From assembly GCA_023205875.1 (NCBI GenBank), contig CP060758.1, forward strand, positions 124,001 to 188,000: 64,000 nt of DNA, read 5' to 3'. The notes under the pieces were generated by a model, which saw nothing but the letters and a program-made list of their open reading frames with translations, made no database searches and was not told where the DNA came from. Source of the stretch: Chloropicon primus. Taxonomy: Eukaryota. Shown one piece after another: positions 23,748 through 33,009 of this stretch; the first letter of the stretch is position 1, and each line of letters starts with the position of its first letter. The translations under genes were made by a program, and so were the position numbers.

Positions 23748-25382
23748 ATGGCTGGCCAGCGAAGTCGTCGGAGCAGCGAGGGGGAGCCGAGGTGGGAGAG
23801 AGCTCGTCGAGACCTTCTGGAAGATCCTGTGAAGAACGCCAACGAGTGCGGCTTCCTGGTGAGCCACCTGGAGGGTCTCGTGGAAGCCGTGTTGAAGAAT
23901 GGCGACGACGACGGCAACAAGGAGGAGGACAAGGGCACGAGGAGCGAGGTGGTGAGCATCGTGGAGACGCTTCAGAAGTACTTTGAGGGGGTCCAGGCTA
24001 ACGAGTTCCTGCGGAAATCGGAGTCGGAGGCCTCGGCCAAGTTCCTGGATTGGAACAAGGAGCAGATCAAGGTGTACCAGAGGACCCTGAGGCGGTGCTG
24101 CGAGAGCAGGTACACCCCGGCGGCCCTGAGGGCGGAGACGATCTTCGCGGTGCTCGATTCGATCAAGCTGGAGCACGGGAAGCGCTTCCAGGTGGAGAAC
24201 CTGGACTTCATTCTGCGCCTCGTGTGCTGCGGCGACCAGCTCTCCCAGCTCCTCCTGGAGATCCTGGGCTCGGAGTACTTCAAGTACGCGGACGTGGCGT
24301 ACTACAGCATGAAGTACCTGGCGCGGCTCTGCTCGGAGCTGAAGACGGAGGAGGACAGGCAGGAGGACGCCATGTGCAACGTCTTCGACCTCCTTCGCAC
24401 GCTGACCGGGGTGGTGAGGAATTTCCTGGACGCGGACGAGGGCAAGGCCTTGGAAGAGCAGCCGTGCCTCACTCGCGGCGGCGCGGGAGGGGAGGGCGGG
24501 GAGGACGGAGAGAAGGAGGACGAGGGCGACGTCGAGGACGGGGGAGAGGGTGCGGAGGGTTTTAGGAAGAAGCTCCCTCTGTACTTGCAGGAGAAGGCGA
24601 TGAAGCACAAGTTCACTCAGGTTTGGCTCTCCTTCCTGAGACTCAACCTTCCGGCGCACATCCTGAAGCGGTCCCTGACCATGCTTCCCGAGGAGATCAT
24701 CCCGTTGATGACCACGCCGATCCTCCTCTCGGACATTCTGACCAACGCCGTGGACCAGAAAGGCCTCGTTGGAATCTTGGCCCTGCACGGGCTCTTCATC
24801 CTGGTCGTCGAGCACGGCTTGGAGTACCCGAACTTTTACAGGAAGCTGTACAACATGCTCACGATCAGCACGTTTCTGACCAAGTACAGGGCGAAGTTCT
24901 ACAGGCTCGTGGACACGTTTCTGTCCACCCCGCTGATACCGGCTTACGTCGTGGCGGCTTTCATCAAGAGGTTTGCGAGGCTGGCCATCCAAGCCCCGCC
25001 CCACGGAGCGCTGCTGGCGATGACCTTCGTCTTCAATCTGGTCAGGAGGCACCCCTCCTGCGTCATCCTGCTCGAGGGCAAGGACGCTTCCGATCCGCAC
25101 CCGGACCCTTACGACGCGGCCGAGCAAGATCCTGCCAAAGCCTGCGCGCTGGAGAGCTCCCTGTGGGAGCTGGAAACCCTTAAGAGCCACTACCACCACG
25201 AGGTCCAGAGGTTCGTCCTGGTTTTCAAGAGGGACTTCACGAAGAGGAACAAGTTCACCGAGATCGACATCGAGAAGTTCGTGGCGAGGAGCTACGACGA
25301 GACTTTCTCCAGGGAGAACACGAAGAGGCTCAAGTTGTGCGGAGTCAGGCTACCAGGGAAGGAAGGGCAGAAATTGTTTTGA
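23748..25382 (+). CDS. NOC4: Nucleolar complex protein 4 (CBF/Mak21 family)
   Basis: LEYPNFYRKLY, FLSTPLIPAYVVAAFIKRFAR, NLVRRHP, ALESSLWELETLKSHYH. Confidence 0.92.
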   Translation: MAGQRSRRSSEGEPRWERARRDLLEDPVKNANECGFLVSHLEGLVEAVLKNGDDDGNKEEDKGTRSEVVSIVETLQKYFEGVQANEFLRKSESEASAKFLDWNKEQIKVYQRTLRRCCESRYTPAALRAETIFAVLDSIKLEHGKRFQVENLDFILRLVCCGDQLSQLLLEILGSEYFKYADVAYYSMKYLARLCSELKTEEDRQEDAMCNVFDLLRTLTGVVRNFLDADEGKALEEQPCLTRGGAGGEGGEDGEKEDEGDVEDGGEGAEGFRKKLPLYLQEKAMKHKFTQVWLSFLRLNLPAHILKRSLTMLPEEIIPLMTTPILLSDILTNAVDQKGLVGILALHGLFILVVEHGLEYPNFYRKLYNMLTISTFLTKYRAKFYRLVDTFLSTPLIPAYVVAAFIKRFARLAIQAPPHGALLAMTFVFNLVRRHPSCVILLEGKDASDPHPDPYDAAEQDPAKACALESSLWELETLKSHYHHEVQRFVLVFKRDFTKRNKFTEIDIEKFVARSYDETFSRENTKRLKLCGVRLPGKEGQKLF

Positions 25383-26054
25383 CTACACGCGCCCCTGTTT
25401 GTAATGTACTTTATTATCGTCGTAGAAGTCTACAAGATCCCGCTCCCTCTGTGCGAAGTTCAGGCCGTTCATGTCGCACACGACCCTGCAAACGTCCATG
25501 AAGTCGTCCAAGCTCATCGACTGAGCGATCTCCTCCTTGTCGGACGGGGACAAGTCGTACAGGCTCTCCACCTTCCCGATCTTCTCGCTCACCGCCTTGA
25601 ACTTGTCGAACAGCTTGACGTACCTGTCGTACGACAAGTCTCCGAGGTGGCCGCTCGACGAGAAGTCAAAGTCTTCGTCCTCCGTCCTCCTCCGCTTCAC
25701 TTTCGGCAGCTCACACCGCTGGCCGTTCGCTTTCACCAGCTTGAGGAGGGCTGGACCCGCTCCGCCCTCCACACGACCACCATCCTTCGTCTTCACGCCG
25801 AGGTGCCTCGCCTCGGCGAAGCTAAGCTCGCCGGCGTGAACCCAAGCCATGCAAGCATCCCCTTCCGACCGAGTGACCTCTTGCACCTCCGCCGCGCCCT
25901 GAAAGTGTCCGCTCATCGTCAGCGTGAAGAAGAGGACGTCCCCGACTTGGCAGTGAGCCTTGGAAGAACCTGACCTCCACACCCCCGTCTCAACCAACTC
26001 CTTCCATTGCGACAGCGAAGGATACTTCACCACCACAAACCCGCCTCCGCCCAT
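25383..26054 (-). CDS. Protein with a divergent YTH-like N-terminal domain
   Basis: FVVVK...GVW...VLFFTLTMSGHFQGAAEV...W...ELSF..ARHL resembles the YTH consensus LIFSVNxSGxFQGxA. Confidence 0.55.
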   Translation of the reverse strand: MGGGGFVVVKYPSLSQWKELVETGVWRSGSSKAHCQVGDVLFFTLTMSGHFQGAAEVQEVTRSEGDACMAWVHAGELSFAEARHLGVKTKDGGRVEGGAGPALLKLVKANGQRCELPKVKRRRTEDEDFDFSSSGHLGDLSYDRYVKLFDKFKAVSEKIGKVESLYDLSPSDKEEIAQSMSLDDFMDVCRVVCDMNGLNFAQRERDLVDFYDDNKVHYKQGRV

Positions 26055-26375
26055 GATGATTGACGGCCTCTCTCTCTCTCTCTCTCTCGATTGATGAAAG
26101 GCCAAAGGCCGTTACTTGATGTGGAGGGGAGGGAGGGAGGCCAATGCCGTGCCGGATGGTGGACCAGGGCCCCTTGCCCTTTCATTCGATCCAGCATTAA
26201 TAAAGCTACTTCTCTCTCTCCCCCTTCCTCTCTCTCTCTCTCTCTCTCTCTTGCCATGGTGGACTAAGGAGGGCAGGGGCTTGCCTTTCTCGCTCGCTTG
26301 GAAGCGTTGTCCCAGAAGGAATGAGGTTTTAGCTACTAGAATGAATACTTATTATTATTATACCGCTTGTTGGGC

Positions 26376-28499
26376 TCACCGTCTCGGTTTTCTGCCGCCG
26401 TTGAACCAAGTGCCGAGAATTCTCACCAAACTCGGAGCGAAGGCCACGGTGAAGAACGTGCACGCAATTTCGAAGCGACGGGTGACCCAGATCCTACCCA
26501 AAGTCGTCTGCCCTTGCCCCCGTCTCTCGCCTTCTTTTTGAGAGACCCAATCCTCCGCCGTCTCCAAGCTCTCCTTTACCTTGAATCGGTACTGCTTCAG
26601 TATCTCCAGCAGGGACTCGTCGTCCTTGCGCAGGGGTCTCAAGTGAAGGGACGTCTGGAAGTTGTCCTTGTCCTCGGTTCGGTTCCACCAATCGCTGTCC
26701 CCGGGGGTGGTGAAGTTATAATGGTAACGAATCACCCTTATGAACTCAGGCAGGTTCTTCTCAAAGGTTGGGTTGTTCCCCGCGCCCATTAGCCCCAGGA
26801 CGCAGGGCTCGCCGAGAAGGAGCTTGTAGATGAAGTGGATGAACCAAAGGTCGTGCTCCCGATGCAGAGCCGCGAACCACATCTGCCAATCCAAACGAGG
26901 CTGGTGCGGAGCCGCCCAAGGAGGGGGGCGGCCGACGGGGCCTGGCTTGTACGTGAAATTGTAAGGAACCCAAACCTCGCCGTCCAGAGACCCTTGAATC
27001 TCTAGCTCTGGCCGCTCGATCCGGTCGCCTTGCCCCTCCACGTCCCCGACACCCGTCATTCTCCTGAACAAGCCGTACCCAGATACGATGTGCCACTCGG
27101 CAGACAGGTCGTATGCGCTCTTGACGGCTGGCCAAAGCTTCTTCGAGGCTCTTGGCGACAGCTGCGTGATTGGGACGAAACCTGCCGTGAAGACGCAGAC
27201 CACCAAAGCCATTACAGTGGCCTTCCACGCAATGTCCTTGACGTGCTCGGCGACGCCCTTGCCCTTCCTGACCAGCACGGCACCCAGCACGTCGTGAAGC
27301 CCGGCAAGGACGGTGGCGACGCCGTAAAAGGACAGGATCAGAGGAAGGTAGGCGTCAACAAGTCTCTGCAGAGAGCGCTTGGTCACAAGGAGATCGATGC
27401 TCGCATCGCCTGGGCCCAACTGGAAGTGGAACATCAGGTACCCGGTGTACGCAGCGAACGCCAGGCAGAACGTGTAAGACACCAAGTTGCTCTTCTGCAG
27501 CAAGTGGTACACCAGACCCAGGGGGCCCTTCTCATCCAGCGTGTCCAGAAGGGAGCGCTTCGATTCCTTTCCCGCCCGGGTTGCTTGCACCTCGCCCCCC
27601 TTCCCAAGGTCAAGCAGCGTCAAGCACAGCGCCACGGTGAGAAGGTTGAAGAAATTGTAGTTGCCCGTCACCAAGATGAAAGCTTGCAAGGTGATCTGGA
27701 CAACTGCAGCGAACTTCTGGACCGCGACGAAGGGCAGCAGTATCAGAACGGGAGCTGCGATCTCGATCCAGAGCGTTGCCGCAACAGAGAGCTTGAGCAG
27801 CAGCGGCGGCAAGTTGCTGAAGAACCAAGCGAGCGGCGTTGGGATGCACTGTGTCGCGAAGTGGTAGTGGCAGGCCGTCAAATTCAGCCATGTCGGGCAG
27901 TCCGCCTGAATTTTCACCACGCCACTCATCAGCATGAGCTTGAAGAGTATGAACCTGACGAGGAAGAGGGCTGCGAGCGGCGGCCTCTCCCTGCAGTGCC
28001 TTGAGCTCCACCGGGCAGACACCCCCAACCGAGCCAGGAAGATCGACGCAAACCCGATCTCCAGCAGGAGCGCGTCCCACTGGAAGGATAAGAAAGTCTG
28101 TCCCACCCGCATGACGGACAGGTACAGCAGGTACTGGATGAACATCAGCACACTGCCGCACCAACCGTAGCAGACGCTAACAAGGGAAGTGGCCACGCCC
28201 ATCAATACGACCGACTCCAGCACGACGTCGGCGTCGTACCCAAAATGCTTCACGCCCAGGACGACGAGGGAAGGATGCCGCTTCAGCACATCCAGCCCCG
28301 TCTCGAGTCCAGCGGTGTCTACCTGGTGCTCCAGCAGCCTCTCGATGGGAAGAATGCCTTCTCTCGAGTACAATCCTGGCAACTGGGTCCACAGGGAAAC
28401 GAAAGCGAAGAGGTAAACCAGAGATAGGAACCGCAAGAAGACATCCGCAGTGACCTCGTAGGTGGGCATTCCCACCAACCTGCCCCTCGCCTTGGCCAT
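26376..28499 (-). CDS. LMF2: Lipase maturation factor family protein
   Basis: GQTFLSFQWDALLLE, SGVVK, YHFATQCIPTPLAW, TGNYNFFN, YGLFRRMTG, APHQPRLDWQMWFAAL. Confidence 0.93.
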   Translation of the reverse strand: MAKARGRLVGMPTYEVTADVFLRFLSLVYLFAFVSLWTQLPGLYSREGILPIERLLEHQVDTAGLETGLDVLKRHPSLVVLGVKHFGYDADVVLESVVLMGVATSLVSVCYGWCGSVLMFIQYLLYLSVMRVGQTFLSFQWDALLLEIGFASIFLARLGVSARWSSRHCRERPPLAALFLVRFILFKLMLMSGVVKIQADCPTWLNLTACHYHFATQCIPTPLAWFFSNLPPLLLKLSVAATLWIEIAAPVLILLPFVAVQKFAAVVQITLQAFILVTGNYNFFNLLTVALCLTLLDLGKGGEVQATRAGKESKRSLLDTLDEKGPLGLVYHLLQKSNLVSYTFCLAFAAYTGYLMFHFQLGPGDASIDLLVTKRSLQRLVDAYLPLILSFYGVATVLAGLHDVLGAVLVRKGKGVAEHVKDIAWKATVMALVVCVFTAGFVPITQLSPRASKKLWPAVKSAYDLSAEWHIVSGYGLFRRMTGVGDVEGQGDRIERPELEIQGSLDGEVWVPYNFTYKPGPVGRPPPWAAPHQPRLDWQMWFAALHREHDLWFIHFIYKLLLGEPCVLGLMGAGNNPTFEKNLPEFIRVIRYHYNFTTPGDSDWWNRTEDKDNFQTSLHLRPLRKDDESLLEILKQYRFKVKESLETAEDWVSQKEGERRGQGQTTLGRIWVTRRFEIACTFFTVAFAPSLVRILGTWFNGGRKPRR

Positions 28500-29694
28500 C
28501 CTTCCGACGAACCCCGCATTAATATGTCATCCAAGAGCAGACATGCCGTTCTCGGTCGCCATGGAATGAATGGACGTCGTCTTGGTTTGGTGGTTGGTGT
28601 GCTTGCTTGAATGGGGATCCCTTACGACCTTACGACGACGACGACACCAAGAAGAGCAAAGCAAACATCATCATCATATCGAGTCCTTCACATTCCAAGA
28701 AGAAGAAGAAGAAGAAGAAGAGTCCAAGAATTCACTTCACTTCACTTCAATTCAATTCAATTCAACGAGGAGACAAGCTTGTTGAACAAGGACCGAGAGC
28801 GAAGAAAGCTTGTTGAATGCAATGCAATGCACAAAAGGCCACCACCAAAGCAATCAGTTTTGGACAACTAAAATTAAAACCAACCCAAACCTGAATGGAG
28901 TCGAGTCCTAGCCAAGGTCAAGGGTCGGTCGGTCTGTAAAGGGTAAAGCTCGGTCAAGTTCGATCAAGGTCGTCGTCTTGCCTTCCCTTCGAATCGCTTT
29001 CCTGTTTCATATAATAATAATAGATAAGCTCGCGAGGCGGACCAAGCAGGCAGACAGACAAACTCTGCGATAGTGTGAGCCGCTGCTGCTGCTGCTGCTG
29101 CTGCTGAAAAAGAAGAAGAAGAAAAAAAGTTTTTTTTTTCAGACGGAGTGACGCTTCATGACGAAGAAAAGACCTAATTAAAAACAAAACTTGAGTCAGA
29201 AGAAAGAGAACGAGGACGAACGGAGGACGAACGGAGGAGTGGAAGAGAGAGGAGAGGAGAGAGAGAGAGAGTCTTGGCCAAGATTACGACAACAACGCAA
29301 CGACGACGACGACGACGGACGACGGAGGAAGGAAGAAGGAATTGAAGAGGCGGAAACACGGAAAGAAGAGGCGGAAACACGAACGAATGGATCACGAACG
29401 AATAAATATAATAGAATTTAGAATTAGAATCAATCCTTGAGGATGAGAAGGGAGGAGGACAAGTAACTTGAATGACGCTGGTGCCTTGGCTCGTGGTGAT
29501 GGCAATATAGTGATTGCCGAAGCTTTTGATACTGTTAGCATGAATGATGCGTGAGATTGGTCTTCTCGTCCTGGACCCATGCAGACGGACCGATGCGGCT
29601 CTTTGTCTCTTCCCCCTCCTTCTTCTTCTTCTCCTTTCTTCCCGAGAACTTACTTCTGAGAAACTAACGTCGCATGAAGAATGATGACAACCTC

Positions 29695-30394
29695 GGCGAG
29701 ACCTGCTCGTGCATGGGATGCCCGACACCGGCGCCATGTGGGACAGTCTCGCGGCGGCGCTCGTGGCGAAGGGCCACCGCGTGGTCGTGCCCGACATGCT
29801 TGGCTACGGCAAGACCTCCAAGCCGGCGGATCCGAAGCGCTACGCGGGGAGAAGATCTTTCCGGATATTCTCGAGCTGATCTCGAAGCTCGGCCTGCCCA
29901 AGTGCCACGTCGTCGGGCATGACTGGGGCGGCTACGTCGCGTGGGAGCTCGTCATCAACGCCCCGGACCAGTTCAAGAGCCACGTGGCCATCTCCATGAG
30001 CCACCCGCTCGTCTTCTCCACGAGCCTCAACCTCCAGAGCCTCCGCGACAACTGGTACATGTACCTCAACACGCAGGACGACATCGTTGACCTCTACACC
30101 AAGGACGACTGCGCGTTTTACCGGGAGTTCATCATCCCGACCCATCCGGAGGCGGACGAGGTCTGCGCCCGTCTCAAAGACCCGGTGGCCATGAATGGCA
30201 TGCGCAACTGGGATCGCGGCAACCCGCTCGCGTCGCTGTACCTCGCGGCACGTACCCCTGGTGCGCTGACGCCCTACTACACCAAGGTGGCCGTCCCCAC
30301 GATGGGTGTCTGGAGCGCCGGCGACACCTACCTCCTCGAGGAGCACATGCAGCAGTCGGGCGAGCACTGCGCGGACTTCGAGTACCGACGGTTC
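29695..30394 (+). pseudogene. Truncated, frameshifted alpha/beta hydrolase (epoxide hydrolase-like) fragment
   Basis: Reads LLVHGMPDTGAMW...VPDMLGYGKTSKP from 29703, shifts frame in the G-run at 29846-29849, then ...VVGHDWGG...GVWSAGDTYL...FEYRRF. No in-frame start, and it stops before the catalytic His. Confidence 0.85.
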
Positions 30395-30399
30395 TCCAG

Positions 30400-30456
30400 G
30401 TCGACCCTGCAGGTTACTACGCGGGTTACCATGCCTCCTGCGCTGGAACAAAGGAT
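30400..30456 (+). pseudogene. Fragment resembling proteasome subunit alpha-6
   Basis: VDPAGYYAGYHASCAGTKD matches the PSMA6-type DPAGYYxGxxAxxAGxK motif; preceded by an intron-acceptor-like TTCTCCAG. Confidence 0.7.
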
Positions 30457-30590
30457 ATCGCTCTTCCTTCGAACTCGACGCGTTACGGCTTGAGCCAGAC
30501 GATCAACGCGCTCCTTAGCACCGCGGACGAGGACGATGAAGAGGGTCCAAAGGTCTTCGACTTTCTCGTGTCGGGAGAGCTGTTACGAGG
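30457..30590 (+). pseudogene. Fragment resembling the WDR12/Ytm1 N-terminal NLE (UBL) domain
   Basis: IALPSNSTRYGLSQTINALL...FDFLVSGELLR matches the WDR12-type TRYGLS.I.N.LL...FDFLI.GEL.R motif. No WD40 repeats follow. Confidence 0.7.
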
Positions 30591-30655
30591 GGAGGGGAGA
30601 GGAAAGCCAAGTTTTGACACAATTTTGCAGGCTCTCGCCGATTTTGTAATCCGAG

Positions 30656-30785
30656 ATATTAAGTTTTTGTTTTCAGTTGAATCCCTCCTCACCTGACGCC
30701 TCGCCTCACGTCCTCCTCGATCTCAAGAAAGATCTTATCCAGTGTCCTGCTTGGTTTCAACCTGGATCCATAGCCCTTGCCGCTA
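30656..30785 (-). ncRNA. Candidate Fanzor omegaRNA (scaffold ~30785-30676 plus ~20-nt guide)
   Basis: Immediately 3' of the Fanzor stop. Inverted-repeat stems at 30737-42/30762-67, 30719-23/30730-34 and 30695-98/30709-12. Hairpin GUUGAA (30761-56) is complementary to UUCAAC (30681-76). Confidence 0.5.
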
Positions 30786-32831
30786 CAGAGGGCGTCGCAG
30801 CGCTGGCGGCCAAATCTCGCGTGGGACAGACCAATTTTGTGCATGGAGGAAAGCACTGGCGATGGCGAGGATGTTGTCCGAGCCGTTATCGTCGCGGGGC
30901 ACTTCCATACTGCATTTGGGGCAGGACAAAACTCCGTACTGGGGACGTCCCTTCTTTGATGGTGGTCCGTTTCCTCGGCTTCTATCACTCTTGTGCACTC
31001 TCCGCAGCGCAGTGGAGATGTTCTTCTGAGAGCATGCTGCGCACATCTTGGAGGTGTTGTATTCATCGACGAAGAAGAATCTCCCTGGTGTGGTCTTCGT
31101 CACCAAAAACCTTTTGAGCCCGATGCAAGGCCCGGGAGGGCGTCCCCTGATGCCAGAGGGGAAGTTTGCGGCTCCGTAGAAGACGATGTGTGACGCCGTC
31201 GGGAAGAGTTTGCTTGCTATGAACTCCATAGTTCGCTGCTTTCGCCCAAAAGTCTCCAACCCTTTTCGACGCCAGCGCCGTTGCCCAAAAAAATCGATGG
31301 CGTTGGAGAGGAAGGTGAGCCGAGTCCCAATCGCCGCCTGGAGGCGATCTACACTTGTGAGCTTCAGAGAAATGGCGCGGTCGTTCAATTTCTGTTGGAG
31401 ATTGTTGGGGGCTCTGCTCAGCCACTGGTGTGCCAAAATATTCCTCTTCGTGAAACCACAGCGGTCGCGGTAAGCGGAGAGGTGAAGAGAAAAGGTCCTC
31501 TTCCTCCCCCTCTCCAGAATGTTCGCGTAGACGACAAAAATTCGGCCGGGATCAACGCCCACGGTGTTCCGGGGATCGAACTGAGAAGGCTTGGTGGCAC
31601 ACCGCTCCCCTTGGCCTATATAGTTGTTGTCGGGACGAGCGAGGATCACCTCTTCGACAACGACCACGACGCTGAGGCCATCGGTTCGAAAGTGCCTAGC
31701 GAATGCCTTGGTACGTCCATTCGTGTGGCCCTTCTTGGCGATGTTGTTCACCTTCTTGGTGAAAATCTTCTCCCACCCACGGCCACCATCATAGCCCCAG
31801 AGTTCCAGGCAAGATCGCGAGACATTGATCATTGGATACTGCACCCGGCAGACAGGCACCAGAGTGAAACGCTTGATCGGAAGGTCCGAGGCCTCTACCG
31901 TTTTGAGCATCATATACCTGAACACGACCATGTTTCTCTCTTGCTCCGCGGGGTCGAGAACGTTGTCGGTGCCGTGCATAAAGTCTGCAACGCCAAAGCC
32001 CTGAACGAGGGCCAGCTCGTTGTGGTAGTGTTGAACGAGGTCGGGGCTCCGGGGCTGCGACTCGCTCAAAAGGGCTGCTCGGAGAGCGGCAGCCTGGGAT
32101 TTGTTCAGTTGGTACTTTGCTCTCAGGTATTGCTTCATGTGATTGAAGGTCCCGTACTTGAGGAAGTTTGACCAATTCGTCCTGAGAACTTGTTCAGCTT
32201 CCGTGATGACATGCGACAGGAGCGCCCGCGATGGCAGACGCAGAGAGGTCTCGGCAGCTGTGGCGGCCTGAACCAACTCCGCCATGGATGCCTGGAGCAA
32301 TGTCCACTCCTCTGACGTTGATTCCCTCGAATTGGGCGTGTGGGAGACGGTGCGGAGGTAGTGACCTATCGAAACCCGATCCATCGCTGGAACACACCTC
32401 CAAAACCTCCTCTTGAGGAGTTGGATGTCCGCCACCGGCCCCCCCTCCCGCTCAGCCCTGAGTTGATTGAGCTCAGTCACCATCTCTCCGCACCGACGGT
32501 GAAAGGTTTCGAGATCAGCAGAAGCCCCGGGCAGTTCCCCAAGCCGACGAGCATGGTGGAGGGCCATCAACACCGTGCCGAGATGGGTTATCAACCCCAT
32601 TCTTCTTGAGGCATCCTCCAATTCGACCCCAAGGCTGTCCCGCAACCTGGGCTGGAGAGCTGAATGGAGAGCCATCTTATACGTCCTAAAAATTTTTTTC
32701 TTCTTCCCCTTCTTCTCCTTCTCCTTCTCCTTCTTCCCCTTCCTCCTCTTTGAATGGGATCGGCGAGGAGAACGCGAACCACGTAGACGCTTGGCAGTAG
32801 GACGTGAGGTCGAAGGGCCGTCGGAGGTCAT
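30783..32831 (-). CDS. Fanzor1 (eukaryotic TnpB-like RNA-guided RuvC endonuclease), 682 aa
   Basis: FRTDGLSV; RuvC-I VGVDPGR; FYGAANF; rearranged RuvC-II VDEYNTSK; zinc finger CAAC...CPKC; RuvC-III RDDNGSDNI. Lys-rich NLS-like N-terminus; intronless. Confidence 0.93.
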   Translation of the reverse strand: MTSDGPSTSRPTAKRLRGSRSPRRSHSKRRKGKKEKEKEKKGKKKKIFRTYKMALHSALQPRLRDSLGVELEDASRRMGLITHLGTVLMALHHARRLGELPGASADLETFHRRCGEMVTELNQLRAEREGGPVADIQLLKRRFWRCVPAMDRVSIGHYLRTVSHTPNSRESTSEEWTLLQASMAELVQAATAAETSLRLPSRALLSHVITEAEQVLRTNWSNFLKYGTFNHMKQYLRAKYQLNKSQAAALRAALLSESQPRSPDLVQHYHNELALVQGFGVADFMHGTDNVLDPAEQERNMVVFRYMMLKTVEASDLPIKRFTLVPVCRVQYPMINVSRSCLELWGYDGGRGWEKIFTKKVNNIAKKGHTNGRTKAFARHFRTDGLSVVVVVEEVILARPDNNYIGQGERCATKPSQFDPRNTVGVDPGRIFVVYANILERGRKRTFSLHLSAYRDRCGFTKRNILAHQWLSRAPNNLQQKLNDRAISLKLTSVDRLQAAIGTRLTFLSNAIDFFGQRRWRRKGLETFGRKQRTMEFIASKLFPTASHIVFYGAANFPSGIRGRPPGPCIGLKRFLVTKTTPGRFFFVDEYNTSKMCAACSQKNISTALRRVHKSDRSRGNGPPSKKGRPQYGVLSCPKCSMEVPRDDNGSDNILAIASAFLHAQNWSVPREIWPPALRRPL

Positions 32832-32926
32832 GGTGTCGAAGTAGAGTTAATGTGGAAGTGCCCAGCCCCCCTCCCTCCCCCCCTCTCTCCTCTCCTCTCC
32901 TCTCCTCTCTTTTTTTGTGAGATGTT

Positions 32927-33009
32927 GTGGCTGTGGCTGTGGCTGTGGCTGTGGCTGTGGCTGTGGCTGTGGTTGTGGCTGTGGCTGTGGCTGTGGTTGT
33001 GGCTGTGGT
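32927..33009. repeat. (GTGGCT)n microsatellite upstream of Fanzor
   Basis: About 14 hexamer copies with GTGGTT variants. Confidence 0.95.

Noticed and set aside
28560..29640. Short ORFs and simple repeats (GAA, CTG, GAC, TTCAA) between LMF and the fragment mosaic
   Set aside because: Low-complexity intergenic sequence with no supportable gene or element end.
29681..30493. 270-aa ORF as an intact hydrolase gene
   Set aside because: Its N-terminus is out of frame with the real HG motif region, its tail is unrelated sequence, and the catalytic His is absent.
30677..30782. Plus-strand reading as another captured exon (TTTTGTTTTCAG acceptor then LNPSSPDASPHVLL...)
   Set aside because: No protein family was recognised, and the position and stems fit an omegaRNA better. 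It is not fully excluded.
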